Source of the DNA: a virus
IMG/VR virus record: IMGVR_UViG_3300037454_000146
Span: 32,001 to 96,000 of that record
Reading direction: 5' to 3' (one strand)
DNA length: 64,000 nucleotides
Every line of letters starts with the position of its first letter. Within the stretch, counting starts at the first letter, position 1. Shown here one piece after another: positions 37,540-46,257 of this stretch. A program made the translations under genes and the position numbers. The notes beneath the pieces were generated by a model, which was given only the letters and a program-made list of their open reading frames with translations, ran no database searches and was not told the origin of the DNA.

Positions 37540-38450
37540 TCCTTTAACTCATTATCTAATATCTCAGAGATATTAGAATATTCATAATATGGTATGCGAA
37601 TAAGCTTAATGCCATTATCCTTGCAATATTTATCTTTAATAGCATCATGCATTTGTATTTTTTCAAACTCTTTTTCCGCCCATTCACCGCCTCTACCAGC
37701 GAAATCAATAGGCATCATGTGATGTCTCCCATCAAACTCACACAACGTATTATTATCAGGCAAATAGAAATCGAATGGCAACATATCTTTATCAGCACAC
37801 TCTACAAAGCGTTTTTGTTCTTCAAAACGAATATTGTGTTCTTTAAGATATTCTGCAATTCTCAATTCGCCCTTGCTTCGATTAGCACAACCACAACTGA
37901 TAATGTTTTCGGATTTTAGATTACTACCAGTCACAACAGTCATATTCCCACAGTCGCAAAGACAATTCCAAGCTGGCTCTTTTCCAATATTGCTGGCTCT
38001 ACTAATAACCGTAAGAAAATTATATCTATTGCCTGTAATATCAATAAAATGTGTTTCCCTATTTCTGTCTTTTACATAGCATCCGCAAGAACGCGTTTCA
38101 CCATCGCGAAGATTACACCCTTGCACTACAGTTTCATTACCACAGTCACATATGCAACGCCACATTGGTTGGATTCCTTTGTTAGCTTCTCTGTTCAACA
38201 CAACAAGCCTTCCGAATCTTTTGCCCGTAAGGTCAATTAAATTGTTTTTACTTCTTTGACTTGTCGCTTCTCTGTTATAACAGCCACATGACTTAGTATG
38301 CCCATTTTTTAAGTTTCCACTTGCAACTACACAAGTATTACCACAATCGCATAAGCAATTCCATGCGGTTAGATGTCTTTTATTCTCGGCTCTACTAACA
38401 ACGGTCAATCTACCAAATTTCATCCCAGTTAAATCAATAAACTTTGCCAT
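37536..38450 (-). CDS. Putative free-standing homing endonuclease: three Zn-ribbon DNA-binding repeats plus PD-(D/E)xK (Vsr/EDxHD-like) nuclease domain
   Basis: Three repeats of D(L/I)TG.(R/K)(F/Y)(G/N)(R/F)L(T/V)V...W.C.CDCGN...V....L..G...SCGC. The C-terminus LPFDFYLPDNNTLCEFDGRHH...KIQMHDAIKDKYC fits a D...E.D..H/K endonuclease core. Confidence 0.6.
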   Translation of the reverse strand: MAKFIDLTGMKFGRLTVVSRAENKRHLTAWNCLCDCGNTCVVASGNLKNGHTKSCGCYNREATSQRSKNNLIDLTGKRFGRLVVLNREANKGIQPMWRCICDCGNETVVQGCNLRDGETRSCGCYVKDRNRETHFIDITGNRYNFLTVISRASNIGKEPAWNCLCDCGNMTVVTGSNLKSENIISCGCANRSKGELRIAEYLKEHNIRFEEQKRFVECADKDMLPFDFYLPDNNTLCEFDGRHHMMPIDFAGRGGEWAEKEFEKIQMHDAIKDKYCKDNGIKLIRIPYYEYSNISEILDNELKE

Positions 38451-38599
38451 TTTTTGTTCCCCTTTCTATCCCCACTTATTACACAACAAGTGAGGGCGGT
38501 AGGGGAACAAACCACCCTCATATACGGGTAGCTACTCCCATATATTCTGTTGTTTGGTAAAGCTCCGACCTCGTGCGGTCATCACTCCATAAGAGGGGA

Positions 38600-39565
38600 T
38601 TAACCCCTCATCTTTTCCACAAACTGTGGTAAACTTATAGTCGGTACTCTAAAGCTAAACTCTGGCGACTTCATAGCGTTACCATAAGCTCTCGTGACCA
38701 GTGCATCCGTCAAAAAGTATTCACACTTGCTCAGACTATTCTTATAATACTCCCGACATCTTTCAATGTATTTTTCAATGTGTGCCTCATCGTAGGTGTC
38801 ATATAACTCTTGTAAATAGATATAATTTACCACAACACCGTTTGCAATAAAGGCTTGTGCAATCTCGTTATCAAGTAAATCGCGCTTTACACACTCTTGA
38901 ATAAAACCGTCATTCATAGCCACGAAATCATACAACACATTAAACCGCGTCTCGGGCGACTTTGCTCTGGTGGTACTCGTCTCATTATAAAGCCATGAAT
39001 AACAAACCTTATCTACCGTATGGGCTTTGGGGTCATACGCTAAGAATGTCTGATTCCACAAAACATCCTCGTTGGTACGAAGCCCCTCGGCGAAACGTAT
39101 ATTGTGCTTGTCAACAAATTCGCGCTTAATCAGCTTACCGTGCATCCAAGTGACTGATTCATTTGTGACATTAATAAAAAACTTGCCGTCTCTACGGACA
39201 TCATTCTCAAATGCACCACACACTAAATCAGAATCGTTTTTGATTGCGTGAGAAAGCAAAATCTCGGCAGCTAAAGACGAAGCAAGGGTATCGTCTGCAT
39301 CTACAAACATTATGTAGGGCTCGGAGCTATTATCTATTCCATATTGCCGCGCCATTCCACAACCGCCGTTTTCTGGACGCACAAGAAATATAACGTCTAT
39401 ATCGTACTTGTTAATTATGTCAGAGTAATCAAGCCCGTCACAGTCGTCAACAACGTAAACCTGAATCCTATCTTTAATGGTCTGTATTTCGATTGAAGCG
39501 AGGGTGCGCCCAAGCGTTGCCCTTGCTTTATATGTTGGGATAATAATTGCTATCTGCTTATCCAT
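38600..39565 (-). CDS. Family 2 glycosyltransferase
   Basis: IAIIIPTYKARATLGRTLASI...VYVVDDCDG...GGCGMARQYG...IMFVDADD are typical GT2 (GT-A) motifs. Start at MDKQ lies 7 nt after AAGGAG. Confidence 0.85.
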   Translation of the reverse strand: MDKQIAIIIPTYKARATLGRTLASIEIQTIKDRIQVYVVDDCDGLDYSDIINKYDIDVIFLVRPENGGCGMARQYGIDNSSEPYIMFVDADDTLASSLAAEILLSHAIKNDSDLVCGAFENDVRRDGKFFINVTNESVTWMHGKLIKREFVDKHNIRFAEGLRTNEDVLWNQTFLAYDPKAHTVDKVCYSWLYNETSTTRAKSPETRFNVLYDFVAMNDGFIQECVKRDLLDNEIAQAFIANGVVVNYIYLQELYDTYDEAHIEKYIERCREYYKNSLSKCEYFLTDALVTRAYGNAMKSPEFSFRVPTISLPQFVEKMRG

Positions 39566-39692
39566 ACACATTCTCCTTAAACTCAAATTTGGTGCGGTCG
39601 CCGTCTCATGCAACTTAGACCACATAGGGGCGCAACGCCCCAATTTTTAAGGAGGAAATAAAAATTTGAAGTTATCTAATAAAATGTGGGTT

Positions 39693-40721
39693 CTATTTTA
39701 TATCAGCAATACCCTTATTTTCTTGCTGTATAATGCCATCTGCGCTAAAGTATTTACCAAAGTCATCAGCCGCAGAAGCATCGTTGTAGTGGCTAATCAT
39801 TTCTACAGACTCCCACTTGAAAAATTCTTTTATAACTTCTGACGGTATGTTCATTTGAACGAGCTCGGTACACAATGCGTGTCTAAGAGCATGAAAATAG
39901 AAAGGACAACCGAGAATCTGAGTAAACTCATCTTTCCAATTCTCAATATCTGTTCTCTGTTCCCAAACGTCGCCGCGCTTTATAACAAGAACCCACTCAC
40001 TGTCAATACCTAATTCTTCACGCTTCTTGCGCCATAAATCCATATAGGTATCAACTTTATTCATTACATACTTGTTTATCTGTTTGCCACGCACACCACG
40101 ACCTTTGGCTCTTACCTTATCTGTTTTATAAAGGCAACCAAACTCTAAGTGGTCTGTGTTAAAGTATTCCATTTTCATTTGAAGCAGTTCTGCCTTACGC
40201 ATACCTGAATAAGCAAGAATTGCAATGCAAACAGCCCTATCATATTCTTCACGTTTTACAAGTTCATCAAGTAACTTCTGCACCTGTTCTGTAGAAAGCA
40301 CAGTCTTTTCTCTGACGGCTTCATTTACAGGCGACTCAATTTTCTTGATAATACTGCGGTAATCTTCGTAACCTTCTTCCTCGTCCAATATGTTCTCGAT
40401 ATAATTGGAAAGGGAAGAAATTGTGGATTTAACTCGCCTTATCCTACGAGGACTCCATTTCCACACATTAAGAGCATGATTCTGAAATCTCGCAAAGTCA
40501 CGTTTACTAATCTTGATAAATTCCTTATTGGCGTTTTCCTCTAAATTCCAAACAAAGAATATTTCAAGGTCAGAATTATATGCAAAAATAGTCTTAGGAC
40601 TTCTGTCAATTGAAGCAAGGTAATCAAGAAAGTCTTTGCTCAACTGAACATTTTCGGGATTAATCTGCTTAATCTTTTCATCGCTTGTAATCTTGTTGTA
40701 AACCGTTGATCTGCCTTCCAT
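39693..40721 (-). CDS. int: Tyrosine recombinase / phage integrase (internal copy)
   Basis: Has an N-terminal SAM-like core-binding domain. Catalytic residues are in SGMRKAELLQM (R), FHALRHAL (H-x-x-R) and MISHYND (Y). Confidence 0.85.
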   Translation of the reverse strand: MEGRSTVYNKITSDEKIKQINPENVQLSKDFLDYLASIDRSPKTIFAYNSDLEIFFVWNLEENANKEFIKISKRDFARFQNHALNVWKWSPRRIRRVKSTISSLSNYIENILDEEEGYEDYRSIIKKIESPVNEAVREKTVLSTEQVQKLLDELVKREEYDRAVCIAILAYSGMRKAELLQMKMEYFNTDHLEFGCLYKTDKVRAKGRGVRGKQINKYVMNKVDTYMDLWRKKREELGIDSEWVLVIKRGDVWEQRTDIENWKDEFTQILGCPFYFHALRHALCTELVQMNIPSEVIKEFFKWESVEMISHYNDASAADDFGKYFSADGIIQQENKGIADIK

Positions 40722-40774
40722 TCAATCATCTCCTTAAAATCAATTTTCTCCACGAAATTACCTTTAATACAATA

Positions 40775-41428
40775 AAGAGGAGTAAATAAATGCTTGTGGC
40801 TTTGCAGGACTTATCCTGAGTACCTACTGCTGCAAGCACAGCGGAGAGTACGGTTTTCATCTCTCGTAGAATCCTAAAACTCTACCCTCTATTTGGTCAC
40901 ACCAGACGGTGACGCTCCGTCCTTTTCGCCTTGAAAGGGCGATGTCCTTACTAATCATAGACGATGGTGCGATAATGCGCAGGTTTGCTACTTGTCCGTA
41001 ACCTACCAATGCGCAGGTTTGCCTTTCCACATTAGGTTGTGGCGACCATTAAAAGACCTTGTGTAGTCAGCTTGTAGGCATAACAGAGGCTTACAAGGTA
41101 CATAAAACCTCGGATTTTGCGACAACAATTTAATCGTGAAGTTACTCTCCGAAGCTTGCTTTGGTGCGGATTCCAAGTCGTGACCTCAAAATCCACATGG
41201 GCGGTGTATTATAACTGACCACCGCCTTGCCAGTGTCGGTTCTCCCGTCAGGAGGAGTGGTGAGCAATCTCGGATGTGCGCCGAGGACTTCCGCTTTTTA
41301 TCGCGTTGCTTTACTACCAAGCTCATTGCCCATACGGGGCTTCATCATGCCCCGTCCCGTAATTTATTACTCGCCACAGCTTTCAGGCGAGAATTATTCC
41401 GCAGCCGACTAATGCCGACCGTTAATAA
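40775..41428 (-). ncRNA. Candidate large structured non-coding RNA (class unassigned; ROOL/GOLLD-type ornate RNA is one hypothesis)
   Basis: - About 650 nt with no RBS-preceded ORF.
- Visibly more GC-rich than its flanks.
- Many local hairpins, for example 41334-41355 and 41200-41226.
- Helix 41166-41172 / 41190-41196 has a U.G pair only on the minus strand (C.A on the plus strand).
- The locus ends in a long bulged GC-rich helix (40792-40841) followed on the minus strand by UUUAUUU, a terminator just upstream of int. Confidence 0.45.
40974..41022. repeat. Two copies of a 15-nt direct repeat AATGCGCAGGTTTGC
   Basis: Exact copies at 40974-40988 and 41008-41022, inside the structured locus. 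Confidence 0.9.
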
Positions 41429-41842
41429 TCAAAATGCCCCATCGAAAATATCACGTTTTACTTTAAACGGCACAATCTTTGCGTGTAGAGGCAACGTAAC
41501 TTCTTCCGCCGATTTCTCAACAAAATAAAGTACATCATCCACGTAAGCATCGGGGTTGTCCAACGCCTTTTCACAAATCATCTCTGCGCTATCAAAAAGA
41601 GTGATAAGCATATTTCCGTCCTGTGCCTGAACGTCATCATACGCCGCCTCCAAAAATTCAGGGCGCATTGCTATAGACACTCCTCCAATTGTATACTGGT
41701 TGAGCAGTTGGCAAATTCCCATTGCGTTTTCCCAGCTCACAATCAAGCCAGCAACGCCATTTGACATTGCGCAACTTATAAACTCTGTGGCGAAATCCCT
41801 GTAGTCAATAAACGTTTTGCACTGATTATCGTTGATTCTCAT
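41429..41842 (-). CDS. Hypothetical protein
   Basis: 137 aa with an ATGA overlap to the upstream gene. Confidence 0.55.
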   Translation of the reverse strand: MRINDNQCKTFIDYRDFATEFISCAMSNGVAGLIVSWENAMGICQLLNQYTIGGVSIAMRPEFLEAAYDDVQAQDGNMLITLFDSAEMICEKALDNPDAYVDDVLYFVEKSAEEVTLPLHAKIVPFKVKRDIFDGAF

Positions 41843-42180
41843 ACAATCTTAATGGTACTGCAACCCTCAATACCCCATCTCTCAGGCTCGTCGATGAACT
41901 CGTCCACAAGTACATAGCCTTCGCAAGCTCCAACATTTCCGCTATCGTAAACAGATTTCTCACGCCACACCTGTCCGTCCACGTCATATGTCAGAGTAAA
42001 GGGATCAATATACCCCTCCCAATCAGGGTCGTGAAGGTTTATATTCTTTATGCAAATATCTTTAAGGGCAACTATTCTCTCGAAAAGAACCTTAATGTCC
42101 TCGTAATAACCAACCACTGAAACGTCCTCGCCCTTATAGTGATGTTTGAGAACTTTCGCAAACGCCTTATCTACGTTCAT
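41839..42180 (-). CDS. Hypothetical protein
   Basis: 113-aa ORF with an RBS. Confidence 0.55.
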   Translation of the reverse strand: MNVDKAFAKVLKHHYKGEDVSVVGYYEDIKVLFERIVALKDICIKNINLHDPDWEGYIDPFTLTYDVDGQVWREKSVYDSGNVGACEGYVLVDEFIDEPERWGIEGCSTIKIV

Positions 42181-42193
42181 TTATTACACTCCT

Positions 42194-43411
42194 TTAATTC
42201 AAAATAACATTATAGAATTGGCATACTTCCCCATCTTCAGCAATTGCCATAAGCTGAGTGGGCTTACCTTTCAGTCGCTTCTCAATTGTATAATCATTAC
42301 CACTACCGCAAAGACTACCACCGCGACAAATCTTTACGTCATAGCAGTCATCAATCGCCATTGTGTGCATATGACCACTGAAAATCGCATGAGGTTTATA
42401 TCCTTTTGCAAGAACGAGATTGCTCAACCCCGCCTTACCAAATACGTCATTGTCGCCATGAACAAACCAATAGCCATCTATTTCTGCAAGAGTTGTATCT
42501 TGTGGCTTTGCGTAAATAAAGTTAGGATAATCCTTTAAGTGCGTAGATACAAACCAACCCACGAGATTGTCAAGTCTCTCATCTTTAACGGCTTCATCTT
42601 TTCTCGAAATCCTTGAATGATTTCCCGCAATATTTGTAAATGTTACCACAAATCCCTTGTCAACAAACGCCTTTACAAAACCAAGCATATATTCACTTGC
42701 AAGCATAATCTGTTCAATAACATTTTCCCTATTTGTAACGGCAATCGCGGCGTGAATGTTTCCGCTGCATAGATCACCGCAGCCAGCTATAATCACATTC
42801 GATACTCCCTCTAAAATGCATCTCTGTATTGCTTTGCTCGCATATTCAGTTATGCGTTCACGAGCAATGTCTGAGTTATAACGCCCCCACTCGTTGTCAA
42901 AGCACTCACCTATATGCCAGTCGGAGCAAGTGACAATTGCTGTTTTCTTAGCGTTATTCTCTCGGAGTGCAATCCGCAAATCTGTCGGATTGCTTTCTGT
43001 GATTACCTTTTCGAGATAGTCGAGCTTCTGTTCAACTCTTGCCGAATTATAATTCTGTCTTTGCCAAGCATTGCGCTCATCGCGGAACTGAATCTTAGCA
43101 CGTTCAAGTTCACGCTTTGTATTTGAAAGCTCGTCATGGTATTCAGTAGAAATCATCTTGCTGAATACATCTTCGTAATATGCCTTTGCCATTTGAATAG
43201 GTTTTCTATATGCGCTCTCGTTGCGGTATTCCGACTCATCTTCACGCCATACCTCATTAACTTTATCAGCAAATTCTTGCCAAGTCATCTCGCCGTTATC
43301 AACAGCTTTAGAAGTACGCCAAAGATATTGTCTTTCGTTTTCGCCGTCCAGCTTATTAAAATTCAATCTCACATTCCTCCTTAAATTCATTCCCTTATGT
43401 GGGTTCTTCAC
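42194..43411 (-). CDS. Calcineurin-like metallophosphoesterase
   Basis: Ordered motifs CSDWHIG (D-x-H), GCGDLCSGN (G-D), AGNHSRI (G-N-H), VHGDND and SGHMHT (G-H-x-H). The N-terminal ~130 aa is an extra helical domain. Confidence 0.8.
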   Translation of the reverse strand: MKNPHKGMNLRRNVRLNFNKLDGENERQYLWRTSKAVDNGEMTWQEFADKVNEVWREDESEYRNESAYRKPIQMAKAYYEDVFSKMISTEYHDELSNTKRELERAKIQFRDERNAWQRQNYNSARVEQKLDYLEKVITESNPTDLRIALRENNAKKTAIVTCSDWHIGECFDNEWGRYNSDIARERITEYASKAIQRCILEGVSNVIIAGCGDLCSGNIHAAIAVTNRENVIEQIMLASEYMLGFVKAFVDKGFVVTFTNIAGNHSRISRKDEAVKDERLDNLVGWFVSTHLKDYPNFIYAKPQDTTLAEIDGYWFVHGDNDVFGKAGLSNLVLAKGYKPHAIFSGHMHTMAIDDCYDVKICRGGSLCGSGNDYTIEKRLKGKPTQLMAIAEDGEVCQFYNVILN

Positions 43412-43595
43412 AAGTAACCGTAATAATTACGTCCTTGCCGTTTAGTCTGTCTATACTATCTGCTAACACCACAGGCTCATCATCTCCACGCTCGATGGCA
43501 ATAATGCCGTCATCAAGATTGAGAACGCCTGAAATTGTAAATTTATTATTCCAACCGTCTTTTGTCGCCATTTTTAATCTCCTTGTTTTCCGCAA
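43395..43595 (-). CDS. Hypothetical small protein
   Basis: 66-aa ORF. Confidence 0.4.
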   Translation of the reverse strand: MRKTRRLKMATKDGWNNKFTISGVLNLDDGIIAIERGDDEPVVLADSIDRLNGKDVIITVTCEEPT

Positions 43596-43667
43596 AATCG
43601 CATATTTTTCTAAAGGTGAGTAGGGAAGTACCCTATAATCTCTGCGCCCACAGGCTACCTTTAAAAA

Positions 43668-44474
43668 CTAATTTGAAATTTCACTTAAATCATTAAGATA
43701 AGCATATTCACCATATAACTCGATAGCCTTATCGTTATACGCTTTTGCAGCATCATATAACGTTTCAAAACAGCCTAAACTCAATCTCTTGTTTTTAAAT
43801 CCAATGCGAGCTACAAACTTTTTAATAGATTTGTGATAAGAAACACCTTTAATATTAGTAGAAGAATAAGCAGACAAACCTTTATTATAATTATTCTTCT
43901 CTTGAGTGCATATTCTCAGATTGGATTTCCTATTATCCATTGTATTGCCATTTTTATGGTCTACAACCACAGCATTATCATCCAAAACCTTCATTAATAA
44001 TCTTGACAAAGTGATATAGCCACGCCTTTTAACTCCATCTATCTTATTATAGTCTTTCATTGTTGTACAAAGATATTGCGAGTCGTTTATGCTGCCATCT
44101 TTATGCTTTATCCTTTTATGATTTATATGCCAACAAAAATTTTCAACTATCGGTCTATCTTCTATGTCGAAATAAAATTCTTCACCTTTAGAAGTATATC
44201 CAATGCAATAACCATCTTTTTCTTCTATGCGATTTCTTTTCTTCTTGGACATTATATTTTTTTCAATCATAAGACATCCGCATGATATCGTTGGCTTTCT
44301 TTTCCTCTTTAAATTTTTCCCTGTTACATAAGTGATAGTGTGATTAGGACACGAACATTGACACTTCCATTTAGCCTCATGTTCCCCGCTTGGACTAATA
44401 TAATCCTCTGCTTGTTCAAGCACCACTAACCTACCGAAAGTTTTTCCTGTTAAATCTTCTTTAACCTTTACCAT
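43668..44474 (-). CDS. HNH endonuclease with AP2 DNA-binding domain and N-terminal Zn-ribbon repeat (homing-endonuclease type)
   Basis: The N-terminus DLTGKTFGRLVVL...WKCQCSCP...SCGC is the same module as in the 37536..38450 product. The HNH_3-like core is VVDHKNGNTMDNRKSNLRICTQEKN. The AP2-like part is KGVSYHKSIKKFVARIGFKNKRLSLGCFETLYDAAKAYNDKAIELYGEYA. Confidence 0.8.
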   Translation of the reverse strand: MVKVKEDLTGKTFGRLVVLEQAEDYISPSGEHEAKWKCQCSCPNHTITYVTGKNLKRKRKPTISCGCLMIEKNIMSKKKRNRIEEKDGYCIGYTSKGEEFYFDIEDRPIVENFCWHINHKRIKHKDGSINDSQYLCTTMKDYNKIDGVKRRGYITLSRLLMKVLDDNAVVVDHKNGNTMDNRKSNLRICTQEKNNYNKGLSAYSSTNIKGVSYHKSIKKFVARIGFKNKRLSLGCFETLYDAAKAYNDKAIELYGEYAYLNDLSEISN

Positions 44475-44534
44475 ATTTACCCCTTTCTCGAAGAAAGGGT
44501 GGGCGGTAGTTATCCGCCAAATCCCTTCACTTGT

Positions 44535-45236
44535 TTATTCTAACTCGTCAGCCATATTTGAAAGCCAACCGCGATAATTAGTGGTCAGCTCACACACCGC
44601 ACACTTATCATCCTTTGAAAAATGATTGAGGTACTTCATGAAACCGCTTCTCTCAGGGTTGTGAAATAAGTCGCACTGTTTGCTATGCCCTATAACAACA
44701 ACCTTACAAGAATCGTGCATACGAGTAAGCACCTTCTTCAACTCGTCAAAGTAATAGTTCTGCGCCTCGTCAATAATGACAACCTTGTTCTCAAAATTCG
44801 TACCGCGCAGAAACGTGTGTGTGATTGCCTTAATATAAGCCGTGCCGTTCTTCTCATTCATAATATCGTCATACGTCGCCGTATTGATATTAACACCTAT
44901 CTTTTCAAGTGCTTCAAAGAATGGCTCGGCATAAGGCTGACTTTTTTCTTCCAATGAGCCTTTTAGGTAGCCCTGTTTTTCTTCCATACAGGGTGCGCTA
45001 ATATAGACTACACCGTCGTATCGCCCATACTTAACAAGCAGATTTGCGGTAGCGGTGGCAATAGTCGTCTTGCCTGTACCCGCCTTTGCGTTGCAGAACA
45101 CGATAATTTTGTCCTTAGACCATATCGCGTCTCTAAAGGCTGTCTGCTCGTCGTCAAGCTGAAAACCATAAAACGGGTGTTCCGCCAGTGATTCGGGAAC
45201 TTCCGTGTAGTCAACCATCTTAGACTTCTTAGCCAC
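44535..45236 (-). CDS. PhoH-like ATPase
   Basis: Walker A NAKAGTGKTTIA, Walker B VVIIDEAQN, and GHSKQCDL. Confidence 0.8.
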   Translation of the reverse strand: MAKKSKMVDYTEVPESLAEHPFYGFQLDDEQTAFRDAIWSKDKIIVFCNAKAGTGKTTIATATANLLVKYGRYDGVVYISAPCMEEKQGYLKGSLEEKSQPYAEPFFEALEKIGVNINTATYDDIMNEKNGTAYIKAITHTFLRGTNFENKVVIIDEAQNYYFDELKKVLTRMHDSCKVVVIGHSKQCDLFHNPERSGFMKYLNHFSKDDKCAVCELTTNYRGWLSNMADELE

Positions 45237-45247
45237 TCGACACCACC

Positions 45248-45874
45248 TCAGATTATTTCATCGAGTGACTCGACAACCTTATCCACAATGCCGAGCGATA
45301 CTTGCTCCTCACCGCTCTGGATATACCAGTCCTTCGATTTATTGCGATTAAATAGCTTCGGGTCAATAGTAGTACGCTCAAGGATATAATCGCGCATTGT
45401 ATCAATCAGCTTGCGGTAGTTCTTCTGCTGTTCCTCCATTTCAGAGTACGTACCCTGTGCGCCGCCGCTACCCTGATGAATCATAGCCGTGCTGTACTTA
45501 ACGGCATAGCGCTTATGTCCCGCCAGAAGCAGAAGCAGTCCCGCGCTCATCGCAACACCGCAGTTGACCGTGATAATCGGAGTCTTGCTGGCAAGCATTA
45601 CCGACGTGAGACAAAATGTCTGCTGAAGGTCGCCACCGTATGACATAATATACATAATTATCGGCTTGCGCTCCTCAACCGCCTTGCCCTTGTCCTCGCG
45701 GTTGTATTCAAGTATCTGCTTTGTGACCTCAAACAGCCAGTCGTCTATGTCACACTCTACGCTGATTCTGCGGTTCTCCCAGTCCTTATAGTAATGTACT
45801 AAGTCGGGGTTAGGGAGGCGCACGTCAGCCTCTTGCGGCACGACCACGTTTAATACCTGTACTTCTTCGTTCAT
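45248..45874 (-). CDS. ClpP-family serine protease
   Basis: IIMYIMSYGGDL, GVAMSAGLLLLLAG (Ser) and MIHQGSGG (His) are typical of S14 ClpP. It lies far from the head module, so it is probably not the prohead protease. Confidence 0.75.
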   Translation of the reverse strand: MNEEVQVLNVVVPQEADVRLPNPDLVHYYKDWENRRISVECDIDDWLFEVTKQILEYNREDKGKAVEERKPIIMYIMSYGGDLQQTFCLTSVMLASKTPIITVNCGVAMSAGLLLLLAGHKRYAVKYSTAMIHQGSGGAQGTYSEMEEQQKNYRKLIDTMRDYILERTTIDPKLFNRNKSKDWYIQSGEEQVSLGIVDKVVESLDEII

Positions 45875-45930
45875 GTTAATTCCACCTTAAACATTTGATA
45901 CGGGCATCCACCCGCCCTCTTGCGAGGATA

Positions 45931-46119
45931 TTAGACCTTGCCGTAGACCTCTACGACCTTCTGCGACTGCGCGTACTCGTCAAGCAGAGCGAGAATGTAG
46001 CACTCCTCTGCCGCGTAATAATTGTGTCGCCGAGACTTCTGAGCCATCGTCCTTGTTATACCTTCCTTGACACCGTGGGTGCGGAGGTACTCTGACTGAG
46101 CCTTGCTAATCTGAATCAT
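45931..46119 (-). CDS. Hypothetical small protein
   Basis: 62-aa ORF. Confidence 0.45.
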   Translation of the reverse strand: MIQISKAQSEYLRTHGVKEGITRTMAQKSRRHNYYAAEECYILALLDEYAQSQKVVEVYGKV

Positions 46120-46190
46120 AATTTCACTACTTTCGCGTTTTTATTTATGAACACTTGAACAAGTATTCATATATCCATATTCCCCACTAT

Positions 46191-46222
46191 CCAAAAGAGA
46201 AAAAACGGCGTAACATCGCCGT
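46191..46222 (-). terminator. Rho-independent terminator after the RNA polymerase gene
   Basis: Stem ACGGCG (46205-46210) / CGCCGT (46217-46222), followed on the minus strand by TTTTTTCTCTTTT. Confidence 0.7.
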
Positions 46223-46257
46223 TTATCTCTTGTTAATTATTTTACTATCGTGCAAAA

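Noticed and set aside
40775-41428. Known housekeeping or catalytic RNAs here: tRNA, tmRNA, RNase P RNA or a group II intron
   Set aside because: - No T-arm (GTTCGAATC-type) sequence, CCA-proximal acceptor or tag ORF.
- GCGGAAGUCCUCGG superficially resembles the RNase P P4 strand GAGGAAAGUCCGGGC, but the complementary P4 strand and other conserved blocks are absent.
- No GUGYG 5' end or domain V (AGC...GNRA...bulged hairpin) was found on either strand.
41227-41528. Plus-strand ORFs 41227..41412 and 41274..41528 as genes
   Set aside because: They have no RBS, overlap each other and the downstream minus-strand gene, and have odd composition. The region is better explained as structured RNA or att DNA.
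45248-45874. ClpP-like gene as the prohead maturation protease
   Set aside because: It lies ~13 kb from the portal, scaffold and capsid genes, in a different module and next to PhoH. It is kept as an auxiliary protease pending experimental data.
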